Positions 59,876-64,000 of a stretch of 64,000 nucleotides of DNA are shown here, piece by piece. Source of the stretch: an uncultured virus (IMG/VR IMGVR_UViG_3300020385_000006) (taxonomy: Duplodnaviria > Heunggongvirae > Uroviricota > Caudoviricetes); IMG/VR virus record IMGVR_UViG_3300020385_000006, positions 62,001 to 126,000 of that record. The stretch is one strand, 5' to 3'. The translations under genes and the position numbers were made by a program. Each line of letters begins with the position of its first letter. Positions within the stretch are counted from its first letter, which is position 1. The notes under the pieces are model-generated. The model was not told where the DNA came from, made no database searches, and saw nothing but the letters and a program-made list of their open reading frames with translations.

Positions 59876-60177
59876 TATATATCTCCTATATCTGCAGAAA
59901 AAGTATCTTGTTTAGCTAAATTTTGTTTCCGATCTAACATTTTTCCCATTGCAGCAACTTGCTTTTCTGCTCCTTGCAAATATCTAGCAACTTGATTTTG
60001 TAATTGTTGATATTGAGGATCACCAGTTTCTTCATCTTTAGCTTCTAATGCAGTTACTATTTCTTTTTGAAAATCTTCCATTGCTGTGAGTAGTCCATTT
60101 GTTTGTTCAATAAAGTATGCATAATCAACTGGTTCTGATTGTTCCTTTAATAATTTACTTAATTTTATCCTACTCAT
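59875..60177 (-). CDS. hypothetical protein with MSRIKLSKLLKE leader (100 aa)
   Basis: ATG 60177 has a GGAGAG SD; the longer track ORF overlaps the upstream gene. Confidence 0.7.
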   Translation of the reverse strand: MSRIKLSKLLKEQSEPVDYAYFIEQTNGLLTAMEDFQKEIVTALEAKDEETGDPQYQQLQNQVARYLQGAEKQVAAMGKMLDRKQNLAKQDTFSADIGDI

Positions 60178-60379
60178 AACTTCTCTCCGCTGGTATATTT
60201 CCGAACACGTCCGGTCCAGATGGTTTAGTTCCATTTTTTGATTTACTAGCATATTTACTACGACCATCCTCTAATCCTGATGTTCCTTCATTTGCCAATG
60301 TATCAAATACTTCGCCAGTACCTTTTGATCCTTTTTTATTATAAGGACCGTATTGTGATTGTAAATCTTCTAATGCCAT
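60170..60379 (-). CDS. Small hypothetical protein (69 aa)
   Basis: Coupled to the protease stop; GGAG SD. Confidence 0.65.
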   Translation of the reverse strand: MALEDLQSQYGPYNKKGSKGTGEVFDTLANEGTSGLEDGRSKYASKSKNGTKPSGPDVFGNIPAERSYE

Positions 60380-60381
60380 AA

Positions 60382-60987
60382 TTAAAACTCCGTTATAATA
60401 TCAGTAATAATACGTTCTACATTTGCAAATTTATTTGCAGTAACAGATCCTTTAGATTCATTTACTGGAGATAAAAATGCTCCATGAGTGGATGGATTAG
60501 AAACAAAGTCAAATGCAATTAATTCAAAGTCTGGCTGTACCTCTAATGTATCTCCGCCTTCTCTCATTACTTCTTTAACAGATCCCATTCCTCGTGATGA
60601 TATACCTAATCGTATACCTGATTTAAAAAGTTCTTTAAGAATATTTCCTGCAGGAGTTCCTAACACTTCAACTTTACCTACCAAATCATCCCCTTGCCAT
60701 CCCATTTCTAAAACGTTATGAGATACATTATTTAAATTAACTACCGATGAATCCGGATGATCCAATTCTCCTAATGCACGTCGTTCTTTGATAAATGTAG
60801 CAGAATAATTATTTGCTTCACGCATTAAAGTTTCTTTTGGATAAATTCTTCCATTTTGATTTTTTGCTTCTGCTCTCTGAAGAACTCCTTTTACAATTAA
60901 TTTACCATTATTTTGAGTTAATGATTCATTTATTGCTTGGGGTGATACTTCAAATACTGTATAATCTACTAAAAGTTGCTTATTCAT
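60382..60987 (-). CDS. Prohead protease (T4 gp21-like)
   Basis: NQNGRIYP, ALGELDHP, VSH, GISSRGMGS, FDFVSNPS. Confidence 0.95.
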   Translation of the reverse strand: MNKQLLVDYTVFEVSPQAINESLTQNNGKLIVKGVLQRAEAKNQNGRIYPKETLMREANNYSATFIKERRALGELDHPDSSVVNLNNVSHNVLEMGWQGDDLVGKVEVLGTPAGNILKELFKSGIRLGISSRGMGSVKEVMREGGDTLEVQPDFELIAFDFVSNPSTHGAFLSPVNESKGSVTANKFANVERIITDIITEF

Positions 60988-60989
60988 TT

Positions 60990-61142
60990 TTATCCTTTAT
61001 TATATAATCCTGAATTTATAAAAGCAACGTGTTGTTCGTATCGCTTTCTTTCATCTGCATATTTACGTTTTTGTTCTTGTAATGTTAAATTTTGGTTTTC
61101 TTTAGCCTTTACAAATTGTTGCCAAGTTCTATTTAATATCAT
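60990..61142 (-). CDS. Small hypothetical protein (50 aa; not in ORF track)
   Basis: MILNRTWQQFVKAKENQNLTLQEQKRKYADERKRYEQHVAFINSGLYNKG; ATGA overlap with the upstream stop; ends 2 nt before protease ATG. Confidence 0.7.
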   Translation of the reverse strand: MILNRTWQQFVKAKENQNLTLQEQKRKYADERKRYEQHVAFINSGLYNKG

Positions 61143-61786
61143 TGTGATAGTTCCTTTAATCGATTTGCTACTCGTAACATGCGTTCATTAATTTTTGCAA
61201 AACGTCTACCAGTTGCTTTCCAGAAATGGCCGGACTGTACTCCCATTTCGGTTTTCAATCGTAAATTGTTATTGACGATTTTTTCCATCTCGCCTAACAT
61301 TTTATTAACTTCCATGATACCTCTGTTAACTTTTTGTTGAGGAGTTGATGTAGGATCTTTTTTATAATCGCGATATGAAATTTCATGAAGATCTTCCATA
61401 GTTGATATCATTTTTTTATACATACTTTCAAAATGCTTTTCAGAAGATTTAGATTTTTTATAATCAAATACTTCTGCATTATCATTTTCATCTTCTGATT
61501 TACCAAATGCATGAGGAGTTTTTACAGGACCTTCGCCGCCATCTAAATTACCAGTCACATTAGCTTCTTCTAATTCTTTATCTTTAACAGCCTTTTTCAT
61601 TGGCTCTTTTTTATCACCATCACCGTCCATATCTAAATAATCTGGCTTAGCGGCTTCATCAACTTCTTTATCTTTAACGGCCTTTTTAAAAGGCTCTGTT
61701 TTATCACCATCTTTATCTACGTCCATGAAATCGGGTTTAGCTTTTGCTTCTTGTAAATATTTTTGCAATTCTTCGATTAGTTTCAT
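61139..61786 (-). CDS. Head-core-like protein with two DxDxDGD motifs
   Basis: KPDFMDVDKDGDKTEPFKKAVKDKE / KPDYLDMDGDGDKKEPMKKAVKDKE. Confidence 0.75.
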   Translation of the reverse strand: MKLIEELQKYLQEAKAKPDFMDVDKDGDKTEPFKKAVKDKEVDEAAKPDYLDMDGDGDKKEPMKKAVKDKELEEANVTGNLDGGEGPVKTPHAFGKSEDENDNAEVFDYKKSKSSEKHFESMYKKMISTMEDLHEISYRDYKKDPTSTPQQKVNRGIMEVNKMLGEMEKIVNNNLRLKTEMGVQSGHFWKATGRRFAKINERMLRVANRLKELSQ

Positions 61787-61790
61787 AACA

Positions 61791-62120
61791 TTATCCTATT
61801 TTAATACCTTTAAATACAAATATCTTAGGGGTGTCTGCAACTGAACCTGAAATTTGAATTACAGACAAATCATGTATTTCTCCAGTATTTAGATTAGGTG
61901 CATATAATTCGCCTCCCTGGACTAAACTCATTGTCGCTTTTCCAGGAGCAGCTATCAATACGGGGCCATAACCTAACATCGATCCGGTAAAATCGACTTG
62001 CCCTCCGGTATATTCATATACTGCATTATATTTTCCAGTACCTGGATGTATGTTATGTGCATAATATGCATCTGATATACTTGACGATACCCAATATGGA
62101 TTATCATATACTCTAGCCAT
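61791..62120 (-). CDS. Small virion (possible decoration) protein (109 aa)
   Basis: Head operon position; VSSS, FTGS, ISGS motifs. Confidence 0.6.
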   Translation of the reverse strand: MARVYDNPYWVSSSISDAYYAHNIHPGTGKYNAVYEYTGGQVDFTGSMLGYGPVLIAAPGKATMSLVQGGELYAPNLNTGEIHDLSVIQISGSVADTPKIFVFKGIKIG

Positions 62121-62962
62121 TACTTAGTCTCCATATTTTTAAGTTCATTAACTAGTTCATAATATCGTAACATTGTTAATACATCCTTATCTTGAATAGA
62201 ATGTTGATTAGATAATTTAGTTAATAAATTGGCAACCTCAGTTAATTTAATACGAATTACTTTATTAGGTACAGTTGACTTTAATGATATTATATTAGAT
62301 TTCAATTCTGCAGTTTCTTTTAAAATATATTTTTTAAGTTTTACAGAATTTGTCACATTATTAATATATTCACGAAGCATATTTTTCTGTGCCATTGATA
62401 ATGTATTATATTTTTCATTGAATTTATCTACAACTAATTTTGATGCCAACAATCTAACATCTTTATGTTGTGAAGATAATGTTGGAGCATTTTGCTTTTT
62501 TAAATTTTCAGTTTGAATATGTTCTATTAAAACATGTTTACTTGATACATATTCAGCCGGTTGGTCGGCTTCCGCAAATTCAAATATTTTATATGTAGAT
62601 GCATGCACTTTATAATTTGTAATTCTAGATTTAAAAAAGTCTTCTAAATTATAAGTGCTTTTCAAATCTTTTATCAAATTATATTTATCTCGCCTTAATT
62701 GTATCTCATTGAGTTGTTTACGAGATCTTATAACTGCATCTATTAAATCAACTGCTTTTGATTCCGATAAAAATTTTTCTTGTGCGACAGTGCGATATAA
62801 TTTTAATTCTTTAGCTAATTCTGAATTAGATTTAAAATGTTTTTTAATCACGCGAAGTGCTTTTGAATTTTTATTATTCATTGTGTCCGAAGCCACCTGT
62901 CGTACGAGCAATTCAAATATAATACCGGTATTTTTAACCTTAGAATGTTTTATTCGTTTCAT
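62120..62962 (-). CDS. Basic helical hypothetical protein downstream of portal (280 aa)
   Basis: IKHSKVKNTGIIFELLVRQ N-terminus; late motif upstream. Confidence 0.75.
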   Translation of the reverse strand: MKRIKHSKVKNTGIIFELLVRQVASDTMNNKNSKALRVIKKHFKSNSELAKELKLYRTVAQEKFLSESKAVDLIDAVIRSRKQLNEIQLRRDKYNLIKDLKSTYNLEDFFKSRITNYKVHASTYKIFEFAEADQPAEYVSSKHVLIEHIQTENLKKQNAPTLSSQHKDVRLLASKLVVDKFNEKYNTLSMAQKNMLREYINNVTNSVKLKKYILKETAELKSNIISLKSTVPNKVIRIKLTEVANLLTKLSNQHSIQDKDVLTMLRYYELVNELKNMETK

Positions 62963-62992
62963 GAAGCATCGCCCTGTATAATCATACTTTTT

Positions 62993-63001
62993 AATAAATA
63001 T
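62993..63001 (-). promoter_or_regulatory. Late-type motif ATATTTATT
   Basis: 30 nt upstream of start 62962. Confidence 0.6.
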
Positions 63002-63028
63002 GCTATTGTTTTAGAAATCAATATATAA

Positions 63029-64000
63029 TTATTCCTCAATTAATTGAGACTCATCTAACATTGTTCCAGAATCTGGTTCACTTGATTCATTTATTAATGT
63101 TTGTTTTAAAATTTTAGATGATTTCATTGAATTAATTAATGAATTTATTTGTATATTTTCTGTACTTAAAGGCGATCCACCACGGTACTGATGTTGTAAT
63201 GGTGACTTATCTGTGGATAATGACGAGCCTAATGATTTAATTGCCAATGGATCACGTCCATGTGGTGAATCATGAGTCCCCCATGATTGATGTTTTTCTG
63301 GGCGACCTGTACCTGCTACATGTTCTTGCTCCTGGCCTGGTAATAAACCTCCTTTATTTGCAACATGCATTGAAGCAATGTCATGAGGCGTACCAAATGA
63401 TTGATTTGTTTTTACAGGATCATTACCTTCTGATTTAATTTGTTCGCGACGGAAATCTTGTTTTAAATCTTCTATTACTTGTTCTTGTTCTCTAGTCCAT
63501 TCATCATGACTTAATCCAAATACATTTTCATATATCCATCGTTGCGAAAATAAATTAGATTCTTTCATATTTGTAGCTAATCCAATTTTACTTTCTAATA
63601 CTTCTACTTTTTGTTTTTCGTATATAATAGATGGGTTAGTTAAAGATAACTCAAAATTAACTAAATCCGCATCTTTATATCCTTGTGTATATAAATGTAC
63701 AATTGCAATTTTAGTTAATTCAGATACAAATATTTTTTGTATACGTTCAATTGTTCTTGCAAACCGAACATCTTCTGCTGCTAATGTTGCCTTTCCTTCA
63801 ACTCCTTCATCATAACCTAAAAATGCTTTTGGTATTTTTAATGCAGAAAATAATTTATTTTTCAAGTAATCAATATCTTCAATTTGCCCTTCAGATGATA
63901 GACCTGGTAATGCTTCAATTGATGTACCAGACTCGCCTCCACGAACTGGCATAAAATAATCTTCAATCATATTTTGCATATTAAATTTAAGATTATAATC
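63029..64000 (-). CDS. Portal protein (T4 gp20-like), 3' part; start lies beyond the window
   Basis: EDYFMPVRGG.SGTSIEALPG, IEDIDYLKNKLFSALKIPK, EDVRFARTIERIQ. Confidence 0.93.
   Translation of the reverse strand, partial: DYNLKFNMQNMIEDYFMPVRGGESGTSIEALPGLSSEGQIEDIDYLKNKLFSALKIPKAFLGYDEGVEGKATLAAEDVRFARTIERIQKIFVSELTKIAIVHLYTQGYKDADLVNFELSLTNPSIIYEKQKVEVLESKIGLATNMKESNLFSQRWIYENVFGLSHDEWTREQEQVIEDLKQDFRREQIKSEGNDPVKTNQSFGTPHDIASMHVANKGGLLPGQEQEHVAGTGRPEKHQSWGTHDSPHGRDPLAIKSLGSSLSTDKSPLQHQYRGGSPLSTENIQINSLINSMKSSKILKQTLINESSEPDSGTMLDESQLIEE

Noticed and set aside
60178..60267. N-terminal extension of track ORF 59875-60267
   Set aside because: Overlaps the 69-aa gene; ATG 60177 has an SD and yields the shared leader motif
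2430..63954. All plus-strand ORFs in the track (e.g. 23774-24403, 28547-29143, 17582-17962)
   Set aside because: They are antisense shadows of minus-strand genes, with no recognisable motifs or initiation signals
1..64000. Alternative genetic code (stop-codon reassignment)
   Set aside because: Standard code gives full-length, tightly packed genes; TAG and TGA both act as real stops
56311..64000. Introns, inteins or homing endonucleases in capsid, protease or portal genes
   Set aside because: Reading frames are continuous and no intein or LAGLIDADG/GIY-YIG/HNH motifs were seen

Overview
This AT-rich window is a segment of a large, T4-superfamily-like contractile-tailed phage (myovirus), with all credible genes on the minus strand and a standard genetic code. 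Read in transcription order (right to left), it holds: the portal (partial), small head genes, the prohead protease, a phage-encoded ribosomal protein bS21, the scaffold, the major capsid protein, an AAA ATPase and PhoH. A ~33 kb block of Ser/Thr/Gly-rich fibre or decoration proteins follows (up to 2911 aa). Next come neck, sheath, tube, tail chaperone (with a likely programmed frameshift), tape measure and baseplate genes. The window ends with a divergent short family-A DNA polymerase, probable head-internal proteins (one PD-(D/E)xK-like), a gp32-like SSB and RecA/UvsX (partial). Two promoter classes are visible. One is a sense-strand ATATTTAT(A/T) late-type motif (14 copies). The other is TT(T/A)G-N20-TAnnTT, resembling the Bacteroidota -33/-7 promoter (5 copies), which points to a Bacteroidota host. 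The most notable observations are: a self-contained bS21 cassette next to a switch-like structured leader of the scaffold-capsid operon; a pervasive [S/T]-[G/A/S]-S motif largely confined to outer virion proteins (candidate modification sequon); capsid-targeting-like N-terminal peptides; and modular fibre shuffling. All gene calls come from motif recognition and synteny; no database searches were run.
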